A stretch of 64,000 nt of DNA from an uncultured Bacilli bacterium (GTDB taxonomy: Bacteria > Bacillota_I > Bacilli_A > RF39 > UBA660). The translations under genes and the position numbers were made by a program. Location: the NCBI GenBank assembly GCA_944350445.1, contig CALVOW010000002.1:5636-69635 (forward strand). Direction: 5' to 3'. Of the stretch, positions 8,525-18,501 are shown one piece after another. How positions within the stretch are numbered: position 1 is the stretch's first letter; every line of letters starts with the position of its first letter. The notes below the pieces were generated by a model. That model was not told the origin of the DNA, did no database searches, and saw only the letters and a program-made list of their open reading frames with translations.

Positions 8525-8546
8525 TTTTATATTTTTATATTATTGT

Positions 8547-8623
8547 CGGGAAGTGGCTCAACTTGGTAGAGCACTTGGTTTGGGACCAAGGGGTTGCAGG
8601 TTCAAATCCTGTCTTCCCGACCA
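8547..8623 (+). tRNA. tRNA-Pro(TGG)
   Basis: Acceptor CGGGAAG/CTTCCCG, anticodon stem CTTGG/CCAAG, loop TTTGGGA, CCA. Confidence 0.9.
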
Positions 8624-8712
8624 GTTAGTTTATAAAACCTTGTAAGTCAAGATTTTTATAATATAATTAATACTTCATCACTTAAAATTCCCTTAATTTT
8701 TAAGATTTAAGT

Positions 8713-9797
8713 TTATTTTTCTTTAATTTTGTTAATGATGTCGATTGCTTTGTCTTCATCTTTTGGAATCAAATGTGAATAAATATTAAGAGTCATATTT
8801 ATATCGGAGTGACCTAAACGTTTGCTAATTACGATAATAGGTACTCCATATGACAACAATAAGGATGCATGAGAATGATGAAAATCATGTATTCTTATTT
8901 TTTTACATTTGCTATTTTACAATACTTATCTCTTTTTCTTCCAATGGTTGTAGGTGCTAATGGATTTATACCACCAAAGATATAAAAGTTATCATTAAAA
9001 CCTACAAAGTTTTGATAATATAGTTTTAATTTGTTAAGTGATTTTATTAATTCTTTATCAATGCTAACAGTTCTCGTTGATTTAATTGTCTTAGGTGGAT
9101 TAATTATATATTTTCCATCTTCTTTTTCTTTAGAAATAGTCTTATATATGTCTAGGTAGTCATCTTTAAAATCATTCCAAGTGAGTGCTAGACATTCACC
9201 TTGTCTTAAGCCTGTATAATACAAGGTTTCAAAGAAAGTTTTATAAACAATATCATCAACTACATAAATAAATTTTTGATATTCATCAAGTGTCCAGAAA
9301 TTAACATTTGAAACTAAATCATTTTTTCTTTTAAAATTACCAATTTTACTAGCAATATTTTCTTTTAGTCCGTGAAACTTAATAGCATAATTCAAAATAG
9401 TTACAACTGATCCATGTAAACTTGAATTATACTTATGTTTAAAGCCTTTCTTTTCAATTTCACTTTGCCATTTAGTATAAACACTTGCTGTGATATTTAT
9501 AACTTTATAGTTTTTAAAATAAGGCAAGATGTGATTATTGAACTTACTTACTGTTTTTCTATAAGATTGTTTCTTTTGCTTTAAAACTATATAATCTTTG
9601 TAATTATTCCATAGTTCTTCAAATGTAATATCAGTTATTCGAGAATTATCATCATTTATAAAATCATTAGCAGCTTTTAAGGCCTCTTTTTTAGTTTTGA
9701 AACCACCTTTTTCAAATTGTCGTCTAACTCCATAGATATCATTAGCATAGACTCGATATTTCCATAGTTTAGTTATCTTATTTTGATATACTGGCAT
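8713..9797 (-). pseudogene. Tyrosine recombinase/integrase, frameshifted in an A7 run
   Basis: The N-terminal ~300 codons (MPVYQNKITKLWKYRVYA...) stop at TAA 8895-8897, right after A7 (8898-8904). The next frame continues IRIHDFHHSHASLLLSYGVPIIVISKRLGHSDINMTLNIYSHL..., which is box II plus the catalytic Tyr, to TAA 8713-8715. The box II Arg position reads His (HDFHH). Confidence 0.8.
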
Positions 9798-10059
9798 AAT
9801 TTTCAGTCCTAATTCCATCTTCTAGATTAGACATTTGAAAAATATAATTAACATCTAAATTTAATTTATCAATTACATTTTTAGTAGGTACATTTATTAT
9901 CTTAGTATTTGGTATTTGTTTACCTGAATTAATTATTTCATTTATAATTTCATTTCTTATTTTAATAGCTGTATCTCTACCACAGTTTGCAATTTTTTGG
10001 ATTTCTTTAACACTAGACCAGGGTTTTGAAACTAAACTATATAATTCTTTATAGGACAT
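9778..10059 (-). CDS. Small putative DNA-binding/excisionase-like protein
   Basis: 93-aa ORF directly upstream of, and overlapping, the integrase start. The function call rests on position only. Confidence 0.4.
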   Translation of the reverse strand: MSYKELYSLVSKPWSSVKEIQKIANCGRDTAIKIRNEIINEIINSGKQIPNTKIINVPTKNVIDKLNLDVNYIFQMSNLEDGIRTENYASISK

Positions 10060-10201
10060 AATTCACCTCACTTTCTAACGGAAATAGGTTTCCATTATCT
10101 ACATAATACTATATAAATATTTTTGTGGCAACATATTTCCAAAAAAATATTTATTTTTCTTTTTGAGTATGTTATACTCGTATTAGATGATGGAGGAAAT
10201 A

Positions 10202-11203
10202 ATGATTGAAAAAGATTTTAAACAAATTTTAAATGATATAAAGATTGATATTAAAAATACTCAAAGGAAAACTATAATAGAAGCAAATAGTAATTTAATA
10301 ATGCTATATTTTAGATTGGGTAAAATACTTGATGATAATTTTGAATATGGTAATAAATTCATTGATGATGTTGCAAGAGAATTAAATTTAGAATTTCCTA
10401 AAATTAAAGGTTTTTCAGTGAGAAATTTAAAATATATGAAAACTTTTTATAATGAATATAAAAATGATGAACTTGTGCAACAGCTTGTTGCACAACTTCC
10501 ATGGGGGCATAACTTATTATTAATTGAAAAAATAAAAGATAATGAAACAAGGAAAATATATGCTGAAGCAACTATAAAAAATGGATGGAGTAGAAATGTT
10601 TTGGCAATGCAAATAGAAAGTAATTATCATTTAAGAATTGGTTCAAATATAAATAATTTTAATAATTTATTACCATCTACTGATAGTGATTTAGCTAATA
10701 ACTCATTTAAAGATCCTTATATATTTGACTTTATAACTTTAAAAGAAGATTTTAAAGAAAAAGAATTAGAAGAAGCCTTATTAACTAAAATAAGAGATGT
10801 TTTACTTGAACTAGGGAAAGGTTTTAGTTTTGTTGGTAATCAATATAAAATATCAACAGCTGATAATGATTATTATATAGATTTATTATTTTATCATTTA
10901 GAACTTAGATGTTATATAGTTGTTGAACTTAAAGCAGGTAAATTTAAACCTGAATATACAGGACAACTTGGATTTTATGTAACAGCAGTTGATGAAACTT
11001 TAAGAAAAGAAAATGATAATCCTACTATTGGTTTATTACTTTGTAAAGATAAGGATAGATTATCAGTTGATTGGTCTTTAAAATCAACAAGTGTACCAGT
11101 AGGAGTGTCATCTTATGAAGTTAAAAATATCTTACCTAAAGAAGTTCTTGATAAATTACCAACAGAAGAAGATTTAAATTTACATATTGATATAAATGAA
11201 TAG
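10202..11203 (+). CDS. YhcG-like PDDEXK nuclease domain protein (DUF1016-like)
   Basis: Start ATG 10202 after GGAGG. The N-terminal helical part and the C-terminal ...IDLLFYHLELRCYIVVELKAGKFKPEY.GQLGFYV... match my recollection of the YhcG/DUF1016 nuclease core (D...E.K). Confidence 0.65.
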   Translation: MIEKDFKQILNDIKIDIKNTQRKTIIEANSNLIMLYFRLGKILDDNFEYGNKFIDDVARELNLEFPKIKGFSVRNLKYMKTFYNEYKNDELVQQLVAQLPWGHNLLLIEKIKDNETRKIYAEATIKNGWSRNVLAMQIESNYHLRIGSNINNFNNLLPSTDSDLANNSFKDPYIFDFITLKEDFKEKELEEALLTKIRDVLLELGKGFSFVGNQYKISTADNDYYIDLLFYHLELRCYIVVELKAGKFKPEYTGQLGFYVTAVDETLRKENDNPTIGLLLCKDKDRLSVDWSLKSTSVPVGVSSYEVKNILPKEVLDKLPTEEDLNLHIDINE

Positions 11204-11213
11204 AGGAGTAAAA

Positions 11214-11726
11214 ATGTCAAATATAAAAGATATTTCAAAGCTAGTTAAAGAAGCAAGAATAAGTAAAGGTTATTCAGCAAGAGAACTTGCTAAATTATGT
11301 GATATTAGTCATACAGAGATTAATAATATAGAAAAAGGTGAAAGAGTAAGACCAGCTATTTTAACTTTAAAAGCCTTTGAAAAGTATTTAGATTTAGATT
11401 TTAAAGAGTTAGCAACCCTAGTTGGTTATTCAAAAGATACTATTGAATACGGGGATAATAATATAATTGTATCTTATGAAAGATATGATAAAAAAGTTAG
11501 AGAATTTGAAAGTGCTAAACAAATTCTTTTACACGAAATAAATAAAAAAAGACATTTAGGTCTTGATATAAAAGAATGTTTTGATGAATTAACTAAATTA
11601 TTAGAAAATGATAATAAAATGGATAATCAAACAGAAAAACTTATAAATAATATAAATAGACTTTTTGATTATTTAATAAATGAATATGATTCAAGTATAG
11701 AAAATTTTATTTTAAAGGATGATTAG
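11214..11726 (+). CDS. XRE-family helix-turn-helix protein with C-terminal coiled-coil
   Basis: ARISKGYSARELAKLCDISHTEINNIEKGER is an HTH_3-like motif. Start ATG 11214 after AGAGGAG, overlapping the end of the upstream gene. Confidence 0.7.
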   Translation: MSNIKDISKLVKEARISKGYSARELAKLCDISHTEINNIEKGERVRPAILTLKAFEKYLDLDFKELATLVGYSKDTIEYGDNNIIVSYERYDKKVREFESAKQILLHEINKKRHLGLDIKECFDELTKLLENDNKMDNQTEKLINNINRLFDYLINEYDSSIENFILKDD

Positions 11727-11973
11727 TAAAGAAATAAGAATTGCATAAATTGTAAGAAATAAAAAAATGATTAATATTTTTTTATTACTAATGTTTTTGA
11801 TGGAACACCAAAATTTAAGTTGATAGAAATTTTTAAAATTATAGTAATGTGTAATATATTCAATTATGATAATATATATTTATATATTAATTATATTTAC
11901 TGTAAAATTAAAAAAAATAAATAGATATTTTTATTATTAAATGTTATATTATTAATATAAAGAGGTTATGGTA

Positions 11974-14391
11974 ATGGAAGATACAAGTTTTATTGATTTA
12001 TTAAGAGAAGAAAATTTGAGTAGAATAAATATTGATCCAAGATTGATTGATGCTTTTAAAAATGTAATGAAAAATATTCAATTATATTTTAATGAAAAAG
12101 GATATTCAAGTGAAAGAGAATATGCTAAATTGTTTAATGATTATATATTGACACAAGATACGGCAAAAAAAATGTCTTTTGTTGTTTCTGATGAACCATC
12201 AAAATATCAGGCATCAGGTTTTTATGATACTTCACAAAATCGTATTTGTATAGATACACAGTATATTAATTCTCAAGAATTAGAGGGAATTTTTTGTCAT
12301 GAATTTATTCATTTTTTAGTTGCACACGATATGCGAAATACACTAGATAAAACTAAAAATAGTTCTATTTACAATGGTGGTTTTATAAATGAGGCTTTAA
12401 CTGAAATGTTAACTGAGGAAATTTATTCTGAAAAGAAATCATATGAACCACAGGTTAGCATGTTAAATTTTGCCAATATATTAAATAATCAAGTAAATAA
12501 TTATAGTGTTTTCTTAAGTGGTGGTATTGATTCAAGTAAAATTGGTGCTTCATGGATGAATTTTACTTTAGAAGTAGAAAAATATCATGACAAATGGCAA
12601 AATTTATACTATTCGATGGCTGATGTTATTAATGATGAAGAGTATATTGCTGCCCAAAGGCATTTGATAAAAAGTAATATTCATCCTCATTTAGTTTTTA
12701 CTATAGATCAATATGAAGAAATCATAAAAAAATTACTTTCAAGACCAGTTGAAGATAAAGAATTTATAGATAAATTTATTCAAGAGATTAAATTAAATTT
12801 TATTAGAAAATTAAAGATTAAAAACAGAGATATTAATGAAATGTTTACAGTTTATTTAAGTGAATATAGAGAAATAATAGAAATACTTTCTAATGAAAAA
12901 AATTTTCAACCTATTGCTTCTTTAAAAATAAATAAGCATAAAATTCAAATTAGTAAAGATGGAAGAGTATATGTTGATAGAAAATTTTTAAAACAAAATA
13001 CCACTAGTAATTTTGTTATAACAATAGATGGAAAACAGTATTCAATTGATATGAATAAAATAAATTTTAATGCTATAGAATTGAAAAATGAAAATATAAA
13101 GCAAAATTTAATAGCAAGAAAAAGTAAGATTGAAACTTTATTTAATAATATAAGAGAGTTTAATACTATTATTCCTACAATTACTGATGAAGGATTAATT
13201 AAAGTTATAAGATATGATTTACCTAATATTAATATGAAAGAAAGTAATGAAAGTGTTTATATTGCTGTATATAGGGATAGAATAGAATTACTTAATTCTT
13301 TAAAAGAAATAGGTTTGGTTCAAGATATAAAATTGTCTAGATATGATGGGAGAACGTATCCTTATGATACAAGTGGTGCAATAGCATCAACACCATTATT
13401 TAATATGGAACAGGCTTATTTATATTCTATTTTAGATGAAAGTAATATAGAAAGGGAAAGTAAAAAAATATTATATAAATCTTTAATTACTACCTTAACC
13501 GAACCAGAAAAACAGAAAATAATAGATGAATATAGAAAATCAGATGAATATGAAGAAAATAGTAATTTAGGGTCAAAAGAATTAGAAGAATATGCAATTA
13601 TATATTATAGAGATAAAAAATATCAATTATTAAGTTTCGAAGAAAAAGAAAAATTACGAAATCAAGTAATTAGTAATAATGTTAAAATTCTTATATCTTC
13701 TAATAATGGGGAAATCTTTGTTTCTGAGTTGCTAGGAAACAATACTGGACTTCTAGGAAATTCAGAAGTCATATTTGATAAGCAAGGTTTAGGGAAATAT
13801 AATCAAATTGCAAGTGATTTTAAAAAGAGGGTAGGAGAAAAAGTAAATAATTCAAATTATATTCAAATACCTATTAATGTAGTTGGAAATTTAATTTTTG
13901 AACAATCTCAAAATTCAATAAATCAACAAACTATTCCAAAAGTTTCTGAAGAGAGAATTAAAGCATTTAAAGAAAAGATAGGTTTTGATAATCCAGAACA
14001 AATAGCAAAAAAAATTAATGATTTAGTAGAACAATTTAGAATTGAGTGTGAATATAGTAAAGATAATGAGTCTTTTTATAAATATATTGTACCTTCTTTG
14101 AAAAAAACATATAGACGAAGACTTGATCCTAATTTTATGAAAGAAAATATTGAACAACTAGTTGAGACTTCTGATAACTGGTTAGGTGATATAGTTGCTT
14201 TGAAAAATTATTATAACTATGATTTATTAAATGATGAAGAACGAAGAATTTTTGATGAGATTATTAGAGATAGGCGATTAAATTTATTAGAAGAGTTAAA
14301 AAAAAGAGAAAAAGAAATAGAACAAATTCGCGATAATACTGAAAGATTAACTAATGAAAGTGAAGTAATTGAACATAGACGAAAGTTTTAG
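11974..14391 (+). CDS. Large (about 805 aa) protein with N-terminal gluzincin-like HExxH...NEAxxE metallopeptidase motif
   Basis: CHEFIHFLVAH (HExxH at 12298-12312) is followed about 25 aa later by GGFINEALTEMLTEE, a thermolysin/M34-like arrangement. No signal peptide is visible. The remaining ~640 aa are unrecognisable. Confidence 0.55.
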   Translation: MEDTSFIDLLREENLSRINIDPRLIDAFKNVMKNIQLYFNEKGYSSEREYAKLFNDYILTQDTAKKMSFVVSDEPSKYQASGFYDTSQNRICIDTQYINSQELEGIFCHEFIHFLVAHDMRNTLDKTKNSSIYNGGFINEALTEMLTEEIYSEKKSYEPQVSMLNFANILNNQVNNYSVFLSGGIDSSKIGASWMNFTLEVEKYHDKWQNLYYSMADVINDEEYIAAQRHLIKSNIHPHLVFTIDQYEEIIKKLLSRPVEDKEFIDKFIQEIKLNFIRKLKIKNRDINEMFTVYLSEYREIIEILSNEKNFQPIASLKINKHKIQISKDGRVYVDRKFLKQNTTSNFVITIDGKQYSIDMNKINFNAIELKNENIKQNLIARKSKIETLFNNIREFNTIIPTITDEGLIKVIRYDLPNINMKESNESVYIAVYRDRIELLNSLKEIGLVQDIKLSRYDGRTYPYDTSGAIASTPLFNMEQAYLYSILDESNIERESKKILYKSLITTLTEPEKQKIIDEYRKSDEYEENSNLGSKELEEYAIIYYRDKKYQLLSFEEKEKLRNQVISNNVKILISSNNGEIFVSELLGNNTGLLGNSEVIFDKQGLGKYNQIASDFKKRVGEKVNNSNYIQIPINVVGNLIFEQSQNSINQQTIPKVSEERIKAFKEKIGFDNPEQIAKKINDLVEQFRIECEYSKDNESFYKYIVPSLKKTYRRRLDPNFMKENIEQLVETSDNWLGDIVALKNYYNYDLLNDEERRIFDEIIRDRRLNLLEELKKREKEIEQIRDNTERLTNESEVIEHRRKF

Positions 14392-14459
14392 AGACTATTT
14401 ATAAAATTGAAATATAATATGTAATAGATTGTTTAATAGAGATTAGAGGAGAAATTAAA

Positions 14460-15158
14460 ATGTTAAAAATAGAAACGTTGAATTTATTAAAAAAAGAGGA
14501 TATTAATTTTAAAAATTTATTTTCAATATGTATTGGAAAAAATTATTTATATCAACAAAGATTTATAAATTATTTAGGAAAATATAATCGGTGGGATGTT
14601 GATTTGACAAAAGGTATTTTGTTATTAGATGATAAAGAATACAATATAGAATGTATAGGTACTACAAGTAAAAATGATTCATATTGGTATTCTTCTGAAA
14701 TTGAAAAAGTTATACCTGATGAGTATGTAAATTTAATGATAAAAACAAGAAATAAGTTAGAAGAGTTGGCTATGCCACAATATTTAACAGATACCAAAAT
14801 AATGCTGGATGAAAATATTAATGGATTTAATTTATCTATGATATATATTGCATTTGCACCAATAAATGTAGCTTATTTTTGTGGAAGTGGAGATACTTCA
14901 ATATATATGTTTGTTAAGGATTTACCAAATGATATTTTTTCTAAATTAAAAAGTACTGAATTATTTTCCTTAATAACAACAATTGTTTCAACTTTTGATG
15001 TAAATCATAAATTAATGATTGAGGCATTATTAACTGAATTTGAATATTCTTTTGTAGAAAAGAATAATAATTTAATTGCTACATTTTCAGAAAAATCACA
15101 AATTGAATTTAGTTTTGATAATGATAATAAATTTATTGGTTTACATGGTGATTTATAG
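14460..15158 (+). CDS. Hypothetical 232-aa protein paired with the HExxH protein
   Basis: ORF with SD GGAG, 68 nt downstream of the 805-aa gene on the same strand. No motif recognised with confidence. Confidence 0.5.
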   Translation: MLKIETLNLLKKEDINFKNLFSICIGKNYLYQQRFINYLGKYNRWDVDLTKGILLLDDKEYNIECIGTTSKNDSYWYSSEIEKVIPDEYVNLMIKTRNKLEELAMPQYLTDTKIMLDENINGFNLSMIYIAFAPINVAYFCGSGDTSIYMFVKDLPNDIFSKLKSTELFSLITTIVSTFDVNHKLMIEALLTEFEYSFVEKNNNLIATFSEKSQIEFSFDNDNKFIGLHGDL

Positions 15159-15325
15159 AAAATATATTGCTTAATATTAATATACTATGAAAGTTGTAGA
15201 TGTTACCTATAGTATATTTTAGAAATTCGTTATTCGAAATTGTTTAAAAAGTAGAAGAGTTTTTAATAAAAGTTTTATTTTATATAGTTAATTTTTAAAT
15301 TTTCTTGTGGATGATGATAATTATC

Positions 15326-16440
15326 GGTTCTTAAACATTAAGGAGTGATGAAAGAAATTTTATCACTCTTTTACATTTCTGAAAATATTGATAATAATCA
15401 TAATTCTAGCTTTAAAATTTTTGAAATTTCTGAATCCAAATGCAACTCTTTTTATTAATTTACAAGTATTGTTATTTCTTTCCATAACTCCATTACTATA
15501 ATTAGTTTCTAAAGTGTTTTTAATATATTCTTTAAATTCTCTTAAAGTATTTAAAGAAGTTTTCATATATTCAGATATTTTAGGATAATCTTAATTAATT
15601 ACTTTTTTAAATAGCAAATAATCTTTTCTCTGCAATGCATACAAAATACTTTGATACAAGTTATATGTCTCTTTTAGTTCTTCATTTTTATTCAGTATAT
15701 CATTAACTACATCTACTTCTGTCATTAGATTTTTAAAACAAGTATATTTTCGCCAATAACTGCTTTCTAATTCAAATCTTGGTTTTAATAATAATTTCCA
15801 ATACCTTTTCAATTTTCGATAATTTTCTTTATCGCTTTTCATCACTTTTATTCTAGTTCTATTTAGACTTTTATTTATTAATTGAACGATATGAAACATA
15901 TCAATAACAATTAAAGCATTTTTAAACATTTTCTTTATTAACTCTAAATATGGTTTATACATATCCATAACAACATACTTTACTTTTTCTCTTATTTCTT
16001 TCATATAATAACTAAAATATTTAATTAAATCTTCTATTCTTCTTCCTAATACTACGTCTAATGTTTTACCATTTTTTCCATTACAAATATTAAATGCCAT
16101 TTCTTTTTTTAATGCGGTAAATTCATCTATACATAAAACTTCTGAAAGATTGTGTTTATAAAGTGTTTCATTGTCATAAACTTTATTTACTATTCTTTGA
16201 ACGCTCATATTACTAATATTACAATATTCAGCAATATAAGTATGGGGAATTATTTTTTTAGAATAATTAATGATGGCATATTTTGTGTTATTACTTATAT
16301 GACATCGATAAGCAACAACAGTAGTAGAAGCGACAAATATTTTATTACAATTTCTGCACTTATATTTTTGTTTTTTTAGTTCTAAATAACTATTTAACTC
16401 GGATATTTTAGGTATCTTAATTAACGAAGTTTTTATAAGT
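15326..16440 (-). mobile_element. ISL3-family insertion sequence remnant (5'-truncated, one terminal IR retained)
   Basis: Terminal repeat GGTTCTTAAACATTAAGGAGTGAT at 15326-15349 has an ISL3-like GG(C/T)TCTT start. No matching IR is present at the other side. Confidence 0.75.
15363..16438 (-). pseudogene. ISL3-family transposase pseudogene (no start codon, in-frame TAA)
   Basis: One reading frame runs ...KYKCRNCNKIF...MSVQRIV...DEFTALKKEMAF...KKVIN*DYPKISEYMKTSLN...SNGVMERNNNTCKLIKRVAFGFRNFKNFKARI. An in-frame TAA lies at 15591-15593. The N-terminal zinc-finger half and the start codon are missing. Confidence 0.75.
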
Positions 16441-16466
16441 AGCTATGTAAAAAGAATACACGTTTT

Positions 16467-16697
16467 TTAAAATGTATTCTTTTTTTTAAGACTTTCATTA
16501 AATTCTAATTCATTTTTTATTAAAATAGCAAATTTTTCTAAGTAAAAAGCCAATAAATTTTCTAACTTATTTAAATAGTCTCTTTCAATTTCTTTGCTTA
16601 TAAAAAATTTTTTTTCGTTTATTTTTACTTTAACTTTTTTTATTTCTTGTTCAAGAGGTTCAATAATTACTCTTTGATATATCTCTATTGTTTCCAT
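16467..16697 (-). CDS. Hypothetical 76-aa protein
   Basis: ORF divergent from the HTH gene at 16790, with SD AGGAAA upstream. No motif recognised. Confidence 0.45.
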   Translation of the reverse strand: METIEIYQRVIIEPLEQEIKKVKVKINEKKFFISKEIERDYLNKLENLLAFYLEKFAILIKNELEFNESLKKKNTF

Positions 16698-16723
16698 TAT
16701 ATTTCCTTTCTAAGGGAATATTT

Positions 16724-16765
16724 TATGCAAATATTGCATAAATGTCAATATGCGACATTTGCATA
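16724..16765. promoter_or_regulatory. Two operator-like palindromes between divergent genes
   Basis: TATGCAAATATTGCATA (16724-16740, perfect arms TATGCAA/TTGCATA) and TATGCGACATTTGCATA (16749-16765). Confidence 0.5.
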
Positions 16766-16789
16766 ATATAAAATTAAATTGGTGGTATT

Positions 16790-16999
16790 GTGGATAGATT
16801 GAAAGATTTACGGGAAGATAGAGATTTAACCCAAAAACAAATTGCTAAGATTTTGGGTTGTTCGCAAACAACTTATTCGAGATATGAAACGGGTAATTTA
16901 AATGTTCCGGTTGACATATTAAAGAAATTAGCAAAATTTTATAAAGTTAGTATAGACTATTTAATTGGTTTAACCAATGAAAAAACGCCTTATAAATAA
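16790..16999 (+). CDS. XRE-family HTH transcriptional regulator
   Basis: 69 aa, GTG start. LTQKQIAKILGCSQTTYSRYETGN is an HTH_3 motif. Confidence 0.75.
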   Translation: MDRLKDLREDRDLTQKQIAKILGCSQTTYSRYETGNLNVPVDILKKLAKFYKVSIDYLIGLTNEKTPYK

Positions 17000-17075
17000 T
17001 AAATAAAATATGGAAAAAAACCATATTTTATTTATTTTCTGTTAATTTTCGTTTATAATTTTCATGGAGGAATTT

Positions 17076-18419
17076 ATGATAGATGAATTAAAAGCCAAAG
17101 AATTAAGTCCTTTGGATGGAAGATATGCTGATATAAAGGAATTATTATCACCATTTTTTTCTGAGTATGCTTATGTTAAATACCGAGTATTTGTTGAAAT
17201 TAAATGGTTAATTTACTTAATTGAAAACAACTTTTTAAAAACTAATTCAAAAGATAGAGATAAAATTTTAAATATTTATAATACTTTTGATATAAAATCT
17301 TATTTAGAAGTTAAGAAAGAAGAAAGTATTACTAATCATGATGTCAAAGCAATTGAATATTATATCGATGAAAAATTAAAAAAAGTAGGGTTAGAAAGTG
17401 TTGCATCTTTTGTGCATTTTGCCCTAACTTCAGAAGATATAAATAATACAGCTTATGCCTTGATGTTAAAAGATTTTCTTTCCACTCTTTATTTAGATAA
17501 GATTGAAGAATTTTTAAATTATTTAAAAGAGTTAGCAGATAAATATAAAAATGTTGCTGTTTTAGCTCACACTCATGGCCAACCAGCGACTCCAACTACA
17601 GTTGGTAAAGAGTTTAAAGTTTACTGGTATCGTTTAAACAATGAACTTACTAAATTAAAACAAGTTTCAATCATGGCTAAATTTAATGGAGCAACAGGCA
17701 ATTATAGTGCTTTTCATGTCGCTTATAAAGATAAAGATATTGTTGGTTTATCAAAAAGATTTATTGAATCATTAGGTCTAACTTTTAATCCTTATACAAC
17801 CCAAATTGAAAATCATGATTATATTGTTACAATTTTAGATCTTATAAGACATATTAATAATATTTTTCTCGATTTAAATTTAGATATGTGGTTTTATATT
17901 AGTAAAGGCTATTTTAAATTAGAAGTTATTAATCAAGAAGTAGGGAGTAGTACCATGCCTCATAAGGTAAATCCTATTAATTTTGAAAATAGTGAAGCTA
18001 ATTTAGAAGTGGCTAATGGACTATTAGTAGTTTTAACAAATAAATTACCTCGTTCAAGAATGCAAAGAGATTTATCTGATTCTTCTTGTCTTAGAAATTT
18101 AGGTGTAGCTTTCGGATATTCTTTACAAGGTATTAAAGAAACGTTTAAAGGTTTAAAAAAAGTTATAGTTAATGAAGAAAAAATTACAAGTGATTTAAAT
18201 GACAATTATGAAGTACTAGCAGAGGCTATTCAAACTATGCTTCGAAAATATGGCATAACTAATGCCTATCAAACTTTAAAAGATTTAACCAGAGGAAAAA
18301 AGATCAATAAAGAAATACTTCATAAATTTATTAAAACTTTACCAATTAGTGAAGAAGATAAGAAAGTATTATTAGAATTAAAACCAAATACTTATATTGG
18401 TCTTGCTAATAAATTATAA
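17076..18419 (+). CDS. purB: Adenylosuccinate lyase
   Basis: LSPLDGRYADIKELLSPFFSEYAYVKYRVFVEIKWL is a PurB N-terminus. Also carries the fumarate-lyase signature GSSTMPHKVNPINFEN. Start ATG 17076 after GGAGG. Confidence 0.9.
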   Translation: MIDELKAKELSPLDGRYADIKELLSPFFSEYAYVKYRVFVEIKWLIYLIENNFLKTNSKDRDKILNIYNTFDIKSYLEVKKEESITNHDVKAIEYYIDEKLKKVGLESVASFVHFALTSEDINNTAYALMLKDFLSTLYLDKIEEFLNYLKELADKYKNVAVLAHTHGQPATPTTVGKEFKVYWYRLNNELTKLKQVSIMAKFNGATGNYSAFHVAYKDKDIVGLSKRFIESLGLTFNPYTTQIENHDYIVTILDLIRHINNIFLDLNLDMWFYISKGYFKLEVINQEVGSSTMPHKVNPINFENSEANLEVANGLLVVLTNKLPRSRMQRDLSDSSCLRNLGVAFGYSLQGIKETFKGLKKVIVNEEKITSDLNDNYEVLAEAIQTMLRKYGITNAYQTLKDLTRGKKINKEILHKFIKTLPISEEDKKVLLELKPNTYIGLANKL

Positions 18420-18501
18420 AATAAAAAAATGATAAGTTATTTATCACTTTTTTATTATTCAAAATAAATAATATTAAGAAATTAAATAATACTATAAAAA
18501 A

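Noticed and set aside
8624-16790. A direct repeat of the tRNA-Pro 3' end that would mark the far boundary of the island.
   Set aside because: I could not find a copy of the tRNA-Pro 3' sequence (…AATCCTGTCTTCCCGACCA) downstream by reading. The right boundary is therefore left undefined. It was probably eroded by the ISL3 insertion.
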